Source: Pseudomonadota bacterium (GTDB lineage Bacteria > Pseudomonadota > Gammaproteobacteria > Burkholderiales > REEB80). Taken from it: a DNA stretch of 64,000 nucleotides. Below the pieces are notes generated by a model, which saw only the letters and a program-made list of their open reading frames with translations, was not told where the DNA came from and searched no databases. A program made the translations under genes and the position numbers. How positions within the stretch are numbered: position 1 is the first letter of the stretch; each line of letters starts with the position of its first letter. This document shows positions 38,125 to 48,775 of the stretch, in pieces. The DNA is taken from NCBI GenBank assembly GCA_018971485.1, contig JAGXAQ010000005.1, forward strand, positions 14,882 through 78,881. The letters run 5' to 3'.

Positions 38125-39779
38125 CCGGCAGCCAGCATTTCCCTGGCATGCCGTCTTGTTGTGTCTGTAATATGGATCCCGCCAAGCATGCGTGCAATTT
38201 CTTCAATACGCGTTTGAGCATCCAGTTCGTTCAGTTGTGCAGAAAAGGTGTTGCCGTGTTCGTATTTTTCTACCCGGTAATGATGGTTTCCCCTGGCAGC
38301 TACCTGAGGTAGATGGGTGACGGTGAGTACCTGGTGCGTTTGCCCAAGGGTATGCATGAGCCTCCCTACCATTTCTGCCACACGCCCGCCAATACCTACA
38401 TCGACCTCATCAAAAACAAGGGTCGGCACCATTGCCGACTGGCTGGCTGCAACAGCGATGGCAAGGCTTATTCTGGAAAGTTCACCCCCGGATGCGATCT
38501 TGGAAAGCGGGCGGGCGGATGCTTCTTCTCGTGAGGCAATTTCAAAAGTGACCTGTTCAAGTCCGGATGGCCCCGGAGTATCGTATGCCGACAGGCGGAT
38601 GTCCAGTCGCCCGCCGGCCATGGCTAGTTCCTGCATGCTTTGGGTAATCAGGGTGCTCAAGTGTCTGGCTGCCTGCTGACGTTTGAGCGTCAGCTCATTT
38701 GCCAGCGCCATATAAGTTTTTTCGCTCGTTTCGAGTTGAGTTCTGAGGGTATCCAGATTGCTCCGGGCATCAAACAGTTCGCGCTCGTGGCACCAGTCTT
38801 CTAAAAGGTCAGGTAATGTATCCGGATCTACCTGATAGCGTCGTGCAAGCAGGAGAATCTGGCTTAAGCGGTCGTCTAAATCGGCTAGGCGGGTTTCATC
38901 AATTTCGATTTTGCTGGCGTACTGGCGTAAGTCATGTCCCATTTCCTTGAGGTTGGATTCAGCTGAATCGAGAATTTGCAGCAGGGTTTCAAGGGTCGGA
39001 TCAATCCGGATCATGTCTGCCAGGTTTTGCCGGAACTGATGAAGCTGGGGTAAAATGGCCATTTCATGTTCTTGCAGGAGGGTTTCACCTGCATTGGCCA
39101 TTTCGATTAGCTCAGCGGCATGCGAGAGCATGCCGTGTTCATTCTGCAGTTCAAAGAATTCTCCTTTGGCTAAAGCCAGGGCTTTTAGCTCCTGGATTTG
39201 CTGGTCTAGTGTGTTTATTTTCTGCCGGAGTTCATTTTGGGTTTCCGTGGCCCGGGCCAGATCGTCAAGAGCCCTTTTCCAGGCGTGATAAGCTTCGGCT
39301 ACATCAAGCGCCAGCCTGGAGGCCTGCGCGAAATCATCTAGCAGGTTGCGTTGGGTGGTCGGGTTGAGTAGTTTTTGATGCGCATGCTGGCCATGAATGT
39401 CGATGAGCTGCTCACCCAGATCCTTGAGTTGCTGCAAGGTGACAGGAAAGCCGTTGATCCAGGCCCTGGAGCGTCCTTCGCTATCCAGGCTTCGACGGAT
39501 AAGGCAGCTGCTTTCTTCTCCAAGAAGGGTTTCTGATTCCAGCCAGTGCTGTACTGCCTTATTTCCGGTGATGTCAAATTCTGCCGTGATGTCTGCTCTG
39601 GATGCACCTGCTCGAACCAATGAGGTGTCAGCCCGTCCCCCAAGGATTAATCCGAGGGCGTCAATGAGCATGGATTTGCCTGCGCCGGTTTCTCCGGTTA
39701 ATACGGTAAACCCTGTCTTGATTGATAGTTCAGCGCGTTCAAACAAAACAAAATCATTGACGGTCAGATGGTTGAGCAT
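38121..39779 (-). CDS. recN: DNA repair protein RecN
   Basis: 552 aa. Walker A GETGAGKS, long coiled coil, and C-terminal SGGELSRISLAI and VFDEVDVGIGG. Confidence 0.95.
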   Translation of the reverse strand: MLNHLTVNDFVLFERAELSIKTGFTVLTGETGAGKSMLIDALGLILGGRADTSLVRAGASRADITAEFDITGNKAVQHWLESETLLGEESSCLIRRSLDSEGRSRAWINGFPVTLQQLKDLGEQLIDIHGQHAHQKLLNPTTQRNLLDDFAQASRLALDVAEAYHAWKRALDDLARATETQNELRQKINTLDQQIQELKALALAKGEFFELQNEHGMLSHAAELIEMANAGETLLQEHEMAILPQLHQFRQNLADMIRIDPTLETLLQILDSAESNLKEMGHDLRQYASKIEIDETRLADLDDRLSQILLLARRYQVDPDTLPDLLEDWCHERELFDARSNLDTLRTQLETSEKTYMALANELTLKRQQAARHLSTLITQSMQELAMAGGRLDIRLSAYDTPGPSGLEQVTFEIASREEASARPLSKIASGGELSRISLAIAVAASQSAMVPTLVFDEVDVGIGGRVAEMVGRLMHTLGQTHQVLTVTHLPQVAARGNHHYRVEKYEHGNTFSAQLNELDAQTRIEEIARMLGGIHITDTTRRHAREMLAAG

Positions 39780-39801
39780 CGGTTATTGCCTCGTCCAGGC
39801 T

Positions 39802-40683
39802 TCAAAGTTTTTGCCCCCAATGCAGTTTTTCCCTGAGGGTATCGTAATGATTGGTTCCCTTGGGATGAAGAAAGCTGACCATTTGCCTGGAACGGTGAAT
39901 CAGCACGCGGTCTCCATCGACTGCGTCCAGATGAATCTGCCCATCGACATGTACGACTGCCCCTTCTGCAGACTTGAGAAGGATACGGATATGGGTTGAG
40001 CTATTGATGACAAGAGGCCGGTCTGTAAGCGTGTGGGGGCAGATAGGCACAATCGCTACGGCAGACAGTGCCGGGTGAAGAATAGGACCTCCAGCTGAAA
40101 GGGCGTAGGCGGTAGAGCCGGTTGGCGTGGCAACGACGACTCCGTCCGATCGCTGGCAGTACACGTATTGATCATCAATTTCAATTTCATATTCAATAAG
40201 GCGCCCGGATCCACCCCGATTCAAGGTAACATCATTCAGCGCGCAGCCATGATAGAGTTTTTTCCTGTTTCGCTGGAGGGTGACATCCAGTAAAAAGCGC
40301 CGCTCCAGATCATATTCACCATTGAGGATGGCATTGACCACATGGTCAATATTCCTGGCAGAAATATCGGTTAAAAATCCCAATCGTCCCTGGTTGATGC
40401 CCAGGAGGGGCACCTTGCTTCCAGAAAGTTGCCGTGCAATATTAAGCATGGTGCCGTCTCCCCCGACGATGATTGCCAGATCGGCTTCCTCGCCAATGCG
40501 ATGCAGGTCGGTGGACTGCAGATCAGTGTGACCGATATTGATGGCCGTATCCTTATCAAGCCAGGGAGTCAGGCCCCGCTTGCGTAAGAGATGCGCGAGT
40601 TTGAGCAGCAGGCTGCGCACTTCGGCGCTCTGGTATTTGCCAATAAGGGCAATGGTACGAAAAGGTTTTTGTATCATTGACAA
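39802..40683 (-). CDS. nadK: NAD kinase
   Basis: GGDGTML, GINQGRLGFL and ATPTGSTAYALSAGGP motifs. Confidence 0.93.
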   Translation of the reverse strand: MSMIQKPFRTIALIGKYQSAEVRSLLLKLAHLLRKRGLTPWLDKDTAINIGHTDLQSTDLHRIGEEADLAIIVGGDGTMLNIARQLSGSKVPLLGINQGRLGFLTDISARNIDHVVNAILNGEYDLERRFLLDVTLQRNRKKLYHGCALNDVTLNRGGSGRLIEYEIEIDDQYVYCQRSDGVVVATPTGSTAYALSAGGPILHPALSAVAIVPICPHTLTDRPLVINSSTHIRILLKSAEGAVVHVDGQIHLDAVDGDRVLIHRSRQMVSFLHPKGTNHYDTLREKLHWGQKL

Positions 40684-40757
40684 TATTATACCGCTAACAT
40701 GAAATTTTCCTATGCGGAAAAATGGCTCTTAGATGGAAACTTTCCTCGGGAAACGCT

Positions 40758-41807
40758 ATGATCGGGAAAATTGGAATAAATGACAATATCTTGGATACAC
40801 GTTCACAATTACTGTTAAAGACTCTGGTAGAACGCTATATTGCTGAAGGAGAGCCAGTTGGATCGCGGACGCTGTCACGTGCGTCAGGGCTTGATTTAAG
40901 CCCTGCCACCATTCGTAATGTGATGGCGGATCTGGAGGATCTGGGTTTTGTTTCCAGCCCCCACACTTCGGCAGGTCGCATTCCTACGCCCAAAGGCTAC
41001 CGTTTTTTTGTGGATACACTCCTAACGGTTCAGCCCCTTGATGATATTGAAATCCGGCATATGGAAAGCGAGCTCAAAGAACATGATCCACAACGGCTTG
41101 TGACCCAGGCTTCCCTGCTTTTATCCCAGCTAAGCCAGTTTGCCGGTGTGGTCGTTACACCGAAGCGTTCAGGGAATCTGTTAAGGCAGCTTGAATTCCT
41201 GAGATTATCGGCTAACCGGATTCTGTTGATTCTGGTGAACCAGGACGGAACCGTACAAAACAGGATTCTGTCGACCGAGCGTGATTTTACCCAGACTCAA
41301 CTGATTGAGGCCGGGAATTTTTTTAATAGCCAGTATGCAGGATGCAGTCTGGCCGAAGTGAGACAGAAACTGTCCAAGGAGCTAGAGGCGCTGCAGTCGG
41401 ATATGACCGCTTTGATGAAGCTGGCCCTGGATGCAGGGCAGGATGCGATGGCGCAACTGGATGACTGTGTCATATCCGGTACGAGCAGCTTGCTTAAAGT
41501 GCCTGACTGGTCAGCCAACATGAACCACATCCGCAGGCTGTTTGATGCGTTCGAGAAAAAAACGGAGTTATTGCTTTTGCTTGAAGTGAGCCAGCAGGCT
41601 ACAGGCGTGCAGATTTTTATTGGCGGAGATTCGGGCATGATGCCTCTTGATGAGTGTTCTATGGTTACTGCCTCATATGAAGTAGATGGCCAGGTCGTCG
41701 GTACGGTAGGTGTCATTGGGCCGACTCGTATGGCGTATCATCGAATTGTACCGATTGTGGATATTACTTCCCGGCTGCTGGCATCGGCCTTGTCCGATAA
41801 AAACTAG
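40758..41807 (+). CDS. hrcA: heat-inducible transcription repressor HrcA
   Basis: LDTRSQLLLKTLVERYIAEGEPVGSRTL and SPATIRNVMADLE. Start placed at the second in-frame ATG. Confidence 0.92.
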   Translation: MIGKIGINDNILDTRSQLLLKTLVERYIAEGEPVGSRTLSRASGLDLSPATIRNVMADLEDLGFVSSPHTSAGRIPTPKGYRFFVDTLLTVQPLDDIEIRHMESELKEHDPQRLVTQASLLLSQLSQFAGVVVTPKRSGNLLRQLEFLRLSANRILLILVNQDGTVQNRILSTERDFTQTQLIEAGNFFNSQYAGCSLAEVRQKLSKELEALQSDMTALMKLALDAGQDAMAQLDDCVISGTSSLLKVPDWSANMNHIRRLFDAFEKKTELLLLLEVSQQATGVQIFIGGDSGMMPLDECSMVTASYEVDGQVVGTVGVIGPTRMAYHRIVPIVDITSRLLASALSDKN

Positions 41808-41820
41808 GGGGTTGTCCAGA

Positions 41821-42861
41821 ATGCCCCATCAGGAACGTATAGGCGTTTTACTGGTCAACCTGGGAACTCCTGATGCGCCAACCCGTTTAGCCCTGAAATC
41901 CTATTTGCGTGAATTTCTGAGTGATCGGCGTGTGGTTGATCTCCCGGCTGTTTTTTGGTGGCCTTTGCTTCACGGGGTGATTTTGACGACACGTCCCGCC
42001 CGTTCGGCAAAAAAATATGCCCGGATCTGGACAGATGAAGGGTCCCCTCTCAAGGTGAATGGCCTGAAACAGGCGGCAGCGCTTTCTTCCTTGCTGGGAG
42101 AAGGTTATCGGGTCTGTTTGGCCATGCGTTATGGAACGCCTTCAGTTGAAGACGTTATTCAACAGATGATGGCCGAGGGTATTTCAAGGATTCTGGCCAT
42201 ACCCTTGTATCCTCAATATGCCGCATCCAGTACCGGCTCGGCTTTTGATGCTGTTTTTCTGGCTTGTACCCGTTTGAGCCTGCCCCCGGAATTACGGACG
42301 ATACGGGATTATTTTTCTGATACGGGCTACATCCATTCTCTCACGTGTCAGGTTCGATCTTATTGGGATGAACATGGCCGAGGGAATAAGCTTATCATGA
42401 GTTTTCATGGTGTACCCTGCCAGGCGATACGCAAGGGAGACCCTTATGCGTTGCAGTGCGAGCAGACAGCAAAGCTGCTGGCTGAGGCACTCGGTCTTGA
42501 GCAGCAGGACTGGAAGCTGACCTTTCAGTCGCGTTTTGGTCGTGCCCAATGGCTTCAACCTTACACGCAGAAGACCCTTGAGGATCTGGCTGAAAAAGGA
42601 GTGAAACGAGTAGATGTGATTTGTCCCGGGTTTTCGTCGGATTGTCTTGAAACACTCGAAGAAATCAACATGGAGTGTCGGGCCGCTTTCCTGGATGCAG
42701 GCGGCCATGACTTCCATTATATCCCGGCCTTAAATGACAGTTCATATTGGATAGAGGCTTTGGCACGGCTTGTAAAATCCCATGGGGCTGATTGGCCTGG
42801 CAGCCCTTGGTTGTCCCCCCCTGGAAAAGACTACTCCTGTCCTGGATGTTCTTGCCGATAA
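41821..42861 (+). CDS. hemH: ferrochelatase with C-terminal Cys-rich extension
   Basis: IGVLLVNLGTPD, LYPQYAASSTGS and SFHGVP motifs. ATG at 41821. The tail ends ...DYSCPGCSCR. Confidence 0.93.
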   Translation: MPHQERIGVLLVNLGTPDAPTRLALKSYLREFLSDRRVVDLPAVFWWPLLHGVILTTRPARSAKKYARIWTDEGSPLKVNGLKQAAALSSLLGEGYRVCLAMRYGTPSVEDVIQQMMAEGISRILAIPLYPQYAASSTGSAFDAVFLACTRLSLPPELRTIRDYFSDTGYIHSLTCQVRSYWDEHGRGNKLIMSFHGVPCQAIRKGDPYALQCEQTAKLLAEALGLEQQDWKLTFQSRFGRAQWLQPYTQKTLEDLAEKGVKRVDVICPGFSSDCLETLEEINMECRAAFLDAGGHDFHYIPALNDSSYWIEALARLVKSHGADWPGSPWLSPPGKDYSCPGCSCR

Positions 42862-42900
42862 ACAGAATGCTGTTAATTTTATAATTTTTTTTCGTTTTCG

Positions 42901-42928
42901 CTTGAATTGCAGCGGATTGCCCCCATCT
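42901..42928 (+). promoter_or_regulatory. sigma-32-type heat-shock promoter for grpE
   Basis: CTTGAA (42901-42906), 14-nt spacer, then CCCCATCT (42921-42928). Compare the consensus CTTGAAA-N13-14-CCCCATnT. Confidence 0.55.
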
Positions 42929-42953
42929 GTTTTTCCGTTTTGAAGGAGGGAAT

Positions 42954-43529
42954 ATGCAAGACAGTCATGATAATCCAATGAATCCGGATACGGAATTGCC
43001 GGAACAGAACGAAAAAGAACCTGGAGTGCAAGGGGAAGTGGGTCAGGAAATACCTGAAGCTGGCGTGACAAATGAAGCCGAACTGTTTGAAAAGCTTAAC
43101 GAAGCAGAAGCGTTGGCACAAACCCACAAGGATGCCTGGTTGCGTTCTGTGGCAGATGCGGAGAATCTGCGTAAACGGATGGAAAATGAACTTGTCCAGA
43201 CCCGCCGGTATGCAGTAGAAGGACTTGCATCTGAGCTGGTTGTGATTCGCGACAACCTGGAGCGGGCCCTGTCCGTTGAAAATGTCAGCACTGAATCGAT
43301 ACGTGAGGGTGTAGAGCTCATTTACAAGTCCCTGAACGGGATTTTTGAAAAATATCACCTGGTTGAGTTAAATCCGGAACATGAAAAGTTTGACCCGAAT
43401 CTTCACCAGGCTATCTCCATGGTTGATTCGGAACTACCGCCAAACATGGTTGTGTCAGTTTTACAAAAAGGGTACAGGCTCAATGATCGCGTGTTGCGCC
43501 CTGCATTGGTCATGGTTTCAAAAGGTTGA
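42954..43529 (+). CDS. grpE: nucleotide exchange factor GrpE
   Basis: 191 aa. RSVADAENLRKR and GYRLNDRVLRPALV motifs. GAAGGAGG Shine-Dalgarno. Confidence 0.95.
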   Translation: MQDSHDNPMNPDTELPEQNEKEPGVQGEVGQEIPEAGVTNEAELFEKLNEAEALAQTHKDAWLRSVADAENLRKRMENELVQTRRYAVEGLASELVVIRDNLERALSVENVSTESIREGVELIYKSLNGIFEKYHLVELNPEHEKFDPNLHQAISMVDSELPPNMVVSVLQKGYRLNDRVLRPALVMVSKG

Positions 43530-43552
43530 AATTTTTGGTGAAGGCGCCATAT
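43526..43552 (+). promoter_or_regulatory. possible sigma-32-type promoter for dnaK
   Basis: TTGAAA (43526-43531), 13-nt spacer, then CGCCATAT (43545-43552). Partly overlaps the grpE stop. Confidence 0.35.
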
Positions 43553-43594
43553 CCCCTATGAAACCCGAAATTCACATTAAAGGATTAAATGATT

Positions 43595-45499
43595 ATGGCT
43601 AAGATTATTGGTATTGATTTGGGCACGACGAATTCATGTGTGGCGGTTATGGAAAGTGGACGCCCAAAAGTAATTGAAAATTCGGAAGGGGCAAGAACCA
43701 CTCCTTCTATTGTTGCCTATACGGAAGATGGTGAAGTTCTGGTTGGTGCTCCTGCTAAACGTCAAGCTGTGACCAACCCGAAAAATACCCTTTTTGCGGT
43801 TAAGCGTCTCATAGGCAGACGGTATGACGAAAAGATTGTTCAGCGGGATATAGACATGGTTCCCTATTCCATTGTACGTGCAGATAATGGAGATGCATGG
43901 GTAGAGGTCCGTAACCGGAAAATTGCGCCTCCGGAAGTATCTGCGGCAGTACTGTCCAAGATGAAAAAGACAGCCGAAGACTATCTGGGAGAAACGGTCA
44001 CTGAAGCGGTTATTACCGTTCCTGCCTATTTTAATGATTCCCAGCGGCAGGCGACCAAAGATGCGGGCCGGATTGCCGGTCTGGATGTCAAGCGCATTAT
44101 CAATGAGCCGACAGCGGCAGCATTGGCCTTTGGCCTTGATAAACAAGAAGGGGATCGCAAGATTGCCGTTTATGATCTGGGCGGCGGCACGTTTGATATT
44201 TCCATTATTGAGATCTCCGAGGTGGAAGGGGAACACCAGTTTGAGGTGCTCTCGACTAATGGAGATACGTTCCTTGGCGGGGAGGATTTTGATTTGCGTA
44301 TCATTGACTATCTGGCTGAGGAGTTCCAGAAAGACAATGGGATTGACTTAAGAAAGGACATGCTGGCCTTGCAGCGACTGAAAGAGGCTGCAGAAAAAGC
44401 CAAGATTGAGCTTTCGAGCACACAGCAGACCGAGGTCAACCTGCCCTATATTACTGCGGATCAGTCCGGACCTAAACATCTGGCCGTGCGGATTACCCGC
44501 GCGAAATTTGAATCCCTGGTGGATGATCTCATCGAGCGCACGATTGCACCGTGCCGGACCGCAATCAAGGATGCCGGAGTGAAGGCATCGGATATTAGCG
44601 ATGTGATTCTGGTTGGTGGCCAGTCCCGGATGCCTAAGGTTCAGGAAAAGGTGCGTGAGTTTTTTGGTCGTGAGCCGCGTAAAGATGTGAATCCGGATGA
44701 GGCCGTGGCCATTGGTGCAGCGATTCAAGGAGGTGTACTGCAAGGTGAGGTCAAGGATGTGCTGTTGCTGGATGTTACCCCTCTGTCACTGGGGATTGAA
44801 ACGCTAGGTGGCGTGATGACCAAGCTGATTGCGAAGAACACGACCATTCCAACCAAGGCAAGCCAGGTGTTTTCGACTGCTGATGACAACCAGACCGCAG
44901 TAACCATTCATGTTCTGCAAGGAGAGCGTGATGTGGCGTCGGGTAACAAGAGTTTGGGGCAATTTAATTTAACGGATATTCCGCCGGCTCCTCGAGGGAT
45001 GCCGCAAATTGAAGTGACCTTTAATATTGATGCCAATGGTATCTTGAATGTTTCTGCGAAGGATAAGGCTACCGGGAAGGAAAACAAGATAACAATCAAG
45101 GCATCCAGTGGATTGTCTGAAGAGGAGATTCAGCGCATGGTTCATGATGCTGAGGCTCATGCCGCAGAAGATCGTGAGGCGCTGGAACTGGTGAATGCCC
45201 GTAATCAGGGCGATGCCCTGGTTCATGCTGTCAAGAAAACACTGGCAGAAGGTGCTGATAAGCTGAATAATAGTGACAAGACTGCTGTCGAGGCTGCCCT
45301 GAAGGATCTTGAAGAAGCTTTGAAAGGCAATAGCCTTGATGATATCAAGACCAAGACAGAAGCGTTATCCAAGGCATCTGCAGGTCTGGCTGAACAGATG
45401 TATAAAGGAGATTCTGGCGCTTCAGCAGAAGCAGATTCCGGCAAAGATGATCATGTTGTTGATGCCGAGTTTGAAGAAGTGAAGGATGAGAAACGCTAG
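43595..45499 (+). CDS. dnaK: molecular chaperone DnaK
   Basis: [26 protein letters not shown] and the rest of the Hsp70 body. ATG 43595 is preferred over 43589. Confidence 0.98.
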   Translation: MAKIIGIDLGTTNSCVAVMESGRPKVIENSEGARTTPSIVAYTEDGEVLVGAPAKRQAVTNPKNTLFAVKRLIGRRYDEKIVQRDIDMVPYSIVRADNGDAWVEVRNRKIAPPEVSAAVLSKMKKTAEDYLGETVTEAVITVPAYFNDSQRQATKDAGRIAGLDVKRIINEPTAAALAFGLDKQEGDRKIAVYDLGGGTFDISIIEISEVEGEHQFEVLSTNGDTFLGGEDFDLRIIDYLAEEFQKDNGIDLRKDMLALQRLKEAAEKAKIELSSTQQTEVNLPYITADQSGPKHLAVRITRAKFESLVDDLIERTIAPCRTAIKDAGVKASDISDVILVGGQSRMPKVQEKVREFFGREPRKDVNPDEAVAIGAAIQGGVLQGEVKDVLLLDVTPLSLGIETLGGVMTKLIAKNTTIPTKASQVFSTADDNQTAVTIHVLQGERDVASGNKSLGQFNLTDIPPAPRGMPQIEVTFNIDANGILNVSAKDKATGKENKITIKASSGLSEEEIQRMVHDAEAHAAEDREALELVNARNQGDALVHAVKKTLAEGADKLNNSDKTAVEAALKDLEEALKGNSLDDIKTKTEALSKASAGLAEQMYKGDSGASAEADSGKDDHVVDAEFEEVKDEKR

Positions 45500-45510
45500 A
45501 GTAGTCTGGC

Positions 45511-45550
45511 AAGGGGGCGGATCGGATGTTTCGCGCCCCTTTTACTTTTT
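45511..45550 (+). terminator. hairpin plus T-tract between dnaK and dnaJ (attenuator/terminator)
   Basis: AAGGGGGCG...CGCCCCTT stem followed by TTTACTTTTT. Confidence 0.5.
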
Positions 45551-45561
45551 GACGGATACCT

Positions 45562-46674
45562 ATGTCCAAACGTGATTATTATGAAGTGCTCGGCCTGACA
45601 CGGGATGCGAGCGAAGAAGAAATCAAGAAGACTTACCGCAAGCTGGCCATGAAACATCATCCGGATCGAAACCCGGATAACCCACAGGCCGAGGAAACTT
45701 TTAAGGATATCAAGGAAGCTTATGAAGTGCTTTCTGATCCGTCTCGCCGGGCAGCCTATGATCAGTTTGGTCATGCTGGTGCAGAAGCCGGGTCAGGCGG
45801 GTTTTCAGGGTTTGGTGGTTTTTCTGAGGCTTTTGGGGATATCTTCAGCGATTTGTTTGGCGGTGGCGGTGGTCGTAGCCGCTCTAATCCTTATCGTGGA
45901 GCCGATATCCGTTTCGGTATTGAGTTAAGCCTGGAAGAGGCAGCGAGCGGGATTGAGCGGACCATCCGGTTTTCCAGTCACAAGGCATGTGAAACATGCC
46001 ATGGCAGTGGTGCAAAACCCGGAAGCAGTCCGGTAACCTGCTCAACTTGTGGCGGAGTGGGGCAGGTTCGAATGCAGCATGGTATTTTTTCCATGCAGCA
46101 GACTTGTCCTAATTGCCAGGGAAGTGGACAGAAAATCGAGCAGCCCTGTTCAGATTGTCACGGACAGGGGCAGGTGAAGGCCAATCGAAGCCTGGCTGTA
46201 AAAATACCTGCTGGTGTGGATAATGGAGATCGTATCCGTCTTTCGGGTGAAGGAGAGCCTGGCCTTAATGGTGGCCCGCCTGGTGATTTGTATGTTGTTG
46301 TTGAATTGAAACAGCATTCTGTTTTTGTGCGTGAGGGAGATGACCTGCATTGCGAGCTGCCGCTTTCATTCGTGATTGCTGCGCTTGGTGGGGAAATCGA
46401 GGTTCCAGGCCTTACAGGCCGTCACCGGCTAAAAGTGCCTCCTGAGACGCAAACCGGACGAATATTGCGCCTGGCTGGTAAAGGAATGCGAAATGTTCGT
46501 AATGGATCGGTTGGAAATTTGCTGGTTCATCTGGTTGTAGAAACGCCGGTTAACTTGAGCGAGCGCCAGAAAAAACTGTTGCAGGAGTTTGAAGCCAGCC
46601 TGCTGGAAGATGGTGAAGACCGTCATAATCCCAGGGCTAAATCCTGGAAAGACAAGGTTCGATCCTTTTTCTGA
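45562..46674 (+). CDS. dnaJ: co-chaperone DnaJ
   Basis: J-domain with HPD (KHHPDRN), a G/F region, and four CxxCxGxG zinc-finger repeats. Confidence 0.97.
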   Translation: MSKRDYYEVLGLTRDASEEEIKKTYRKLAMKHHPDRNPDNPQAEETFKDIKEAYEVLSDPSRRAAYDQFGHAGAEAGSGGFSGFGGFSEAFGDIFSDLFGGGGGRSRSNPYRGADIRFGIELSLEEAASGIERTIRFSSHKACETCHGSGAKPGSSPVTCSTCGGVGQVRMQHGIFSMQQTCPNCQGSGQKIEQPCSDCHGQGQVKANRSLAVKIPAGVDNGDRIRLSGEGEPGLNGGPPGDLYVVVELKQHSVFVREGDDLHCELPLSFVIAALGGEIEVPGLTGRHRLKVPPETQTGRILRLAGKGMRNVRNGSVGNLLVHLVVETPVNLSERQKKLLQEFEASLLEDGEDRHNPRAKSWKDKVRSFF

Positions 46675-46736
46675 TTGATATCACCAGGAGGTTCTGCCGG
46701 ACGGAATTTCCTGGTGGAAAGAGGTAAAATGGCAGG

Positions 46737-47504
46737 TTAGCCGAATTTTCCCGTGATGTAGTCTTCCGTGGCTTTTTGTTGTGGGGTCGTAAAGATGGTA
46801 TCTGTATCCCCGAATTCAATGAGCTGCCCAAGATAGATGTAGGCGGTGTAGTCTGACACCCTTGCCGCCTGTTGCATATTGTGCGTAACCATGACTATCG
46901 TATAGTCATTCTTAAGGTCGGTAATGAGCTCCTCAATATGAGCTGTGGAGATTGGATCAAGGGCAGAAGTAGGCTCATCAAGGAGGACAACTTCGGGCCG
47001 GACGGCGATGGCTCTTGCGATACAAAGCCTTTGTTGCTGGCCGCCAGACAAGGACATGCCCGACTGCTTGAGCTTGTCCTTGACCTCATTCCATAAGGCT
47101 GCCTTGGTTAAGGCCCATTCCACCCGATCGTTCATTTCATGGCGGGTGAGATTCTCATAAAGTTTGACCCCAAAAGCGATATTGTCATGAATAGACATTG
47201 GAAAAGGGGTTGGTTTCTGGAAAACCATTCCCACTTTCGCCCGCAAGCGGTTCAGGTTTTGTGACTTGTCTAGAATGTTTTTACCATCCAGAATTATTTC
47301 CCCTTCCGCTTTCTGGTTGGGATAAAGGGCATACATGCGATTGAAAGTCCGCAGTAGTGTGGATTTGCCACATCCTGACGGGCCAATAAACGCAGTTACC
47401 TTGTTTTCAGGGATTTCCAGTGAAATGGATTTCAGGGCATGATAAGAACCGTAATGGAAATTCAGGTCTCGAATTGTGATTTTGGATTTGGACGAGTCAG
47501 TCAT
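46737..47504 (-). CDS. pstB: phosphate ABC transporter ATP-binding protein PstB (no adjacent pstSCA or phoU)
   Basis: Near-collinear by eye with E. coli PstB ([63 protein letters not shown]). Confidence 0.93.
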   Translation of the reverse strand: MTDSSKSKITIRDLNFHYGSYHALKSISLEIPENKVTAFIGPSGCGKSTLLRTFNRMYALYPNQKAEGEIILDGKNILDKSQNLNRLRAKVGMVFQKPTPFPMSIHDNIAFGVKLYENLTRHEMNDRVEWALTKAALWNEVKDKLKQSGMSLSGGQQQRLCIARAIAVRPEVVLLDEPTSALDPISTAHIEELITDLKNDYTIVMVTHNMQQAARVSDYTAYIYLGQLIEFGDTDTIFTTPQQKATEDYITGKFG

Positions 47505-48037
47505 GATTGCCTTTTTCCCTGAAAGAAATGTAATGCGGGGCAGGAAAGATATTCGCCCTTAAGGTGATTGATTGAAGTTTTCTGCAGGGTGAGCGGCATG
47601 TTTTCACCCCAAATCACAAGAATAAAAAAGTTTCTTAGCCGGTCCAGGATTGAAAATACAGGAAAACAGGCTGGCCCACGAAAGACGAAATCCGTCAGGG
47701 GGTGCTGGTTGAGAATCAGGTCTGGTATCGTTTTCCATATAAATCGCATGGTTTGAAAAAGAGGCCTTTCAGGGCACATAGCCTGTCATTATATTCAAAT
47801 CCGGATGATATGTGCACCGCTTAACTTCAAAATCAATGTGCAGTTTGTATGAATTATTTATGTCAGGTTTTAAAACCATCGTTGGATTTGTCTGGTCGCC
47901 CAGGTAAAATTACCCTATAATTCAGCCCGTTTAACAAAGCCAGTCCAAGACAGGGCTGGCCAGGGATTCCGGTTGCGATTGACCCAGGCTTGGCTTGTCC
48001 GGTAGAATTTAGGGTTTATGGGCAAAGACGGCACAAG

Positions 48038-48766
48038 GTGAAAAGGAAGATTGTTGTAGGTAACTGGAAAATGCAGGGCTCTTATGCCACTAATGAGGTG
48101 CTTTTGCATGATCTTCTTTCAGAGCTTCAATCCTGTGACCTGTGCTGTGACGTGGCAGTGGCTCCCCCGTCTGTTTATCTTGACCAGGTGGGCCGGGTTT
48201 TAAAAGACAGTGGTGTGCTCCTCTCGGCCCAGGATGTCAGCGCTTATCCGGATGGTGCTCATACCGGAGAGTGTTCGGCTAGAATGCTCGTGGAAATGGG
48301 CTGTTCCATGGTCATCGTGGGGCACTCTGAAAGACGTGCCTGTGGTGAGAGTGACTCGCTGGTGGCCCTCAAGGCCGAGGCTGCATTGGATGCTGGCATG
48401 ACTCCTGTTATTTGTGTGGGCGAGACACTAGAGGATCGCCAGCAGGGGCGTGCAAGGCAGGTGGTTGAAAAACAGGTTGGGAGTGTCATTAAGCTGTTAT
48501 CTCAACGTGTGAAGCAGTGTTGTTTTGCATATGAGCCGATATGGGCCATTGGAAGCGGCCAGGTTCCTGGCGTGACAGAAGTGTCGGACATGCTTCAATG
48601 CCTGTCTGGGTGGGTTGGGGGCGGCAGGTTCTTGTATGGAGGTAGTGTCAATTTGCACACTGCACCTTCATTGTTCTCCATAGAACATGTTGATGGGGTG
48701 CTGGTGGGTGGAGCTTCATTGAATGCGAAGGCTTTTGCTGGCATTATTCGGGCGACAAATGAGTAG
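48038..48766 (+). CDS. tpiA: triosephosphate isomerase
   Basis: KIVVGNWKM, VGHSERR and AYEPIWAIGSG motifs. Start placed at GTG 48038. The ORF is open from TTG 47990. Confidence 0.9.
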   Translation: MKRKIVVGNWKMQGSYATNEVLLHDLLSELQSCDLCCDVAVAPPSVYLDQVGRVLKDSGVLLSAQDVSAYPDGAHTGECSARMLVEMGCSMVIVGHSERRACGESDSLVALKAEAALDAGMTPVICVGETLEDRQQGRARQVVEKQVGSVIKLLSQRVKQCCFAYEPIWAIGSGQVPGVTEVSDMLQCLSGWVGGGRFLYGGSVNLHTAPSLFSIEHVDGVLVGGASLNAKAFAGIIRATNE

Positions 48767-48775
48767 AGAGTTATA

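Noticed and set aside
46682-46716. The hairpin CACCAGGA...TCCTGGTG between the convergent dnaJ and pstB genes, considered as a bidirectional terminator.
   Set aside because: It has an 8-bp stem but a 19-nt loop and no flanking T or A tracts, so it is too weak to annotate.
47501-47779. A 92-aa ORF overlapping the pstB start by 4 nt, considered as a possible pstA remnant.
   Set aside because: The translation is not hydrophobic and shows no PstA/PstC-like motifs. It is most likely a chance ORF in non-coding DNA.
47783-47800. Pho-box-like CTGTCAT-TATA-TTCAAAT upstream of pstB.
   Set aside because: Only the first heptamer matches, the second repeat matches 3/7, and the orientation is opposite to pstB.
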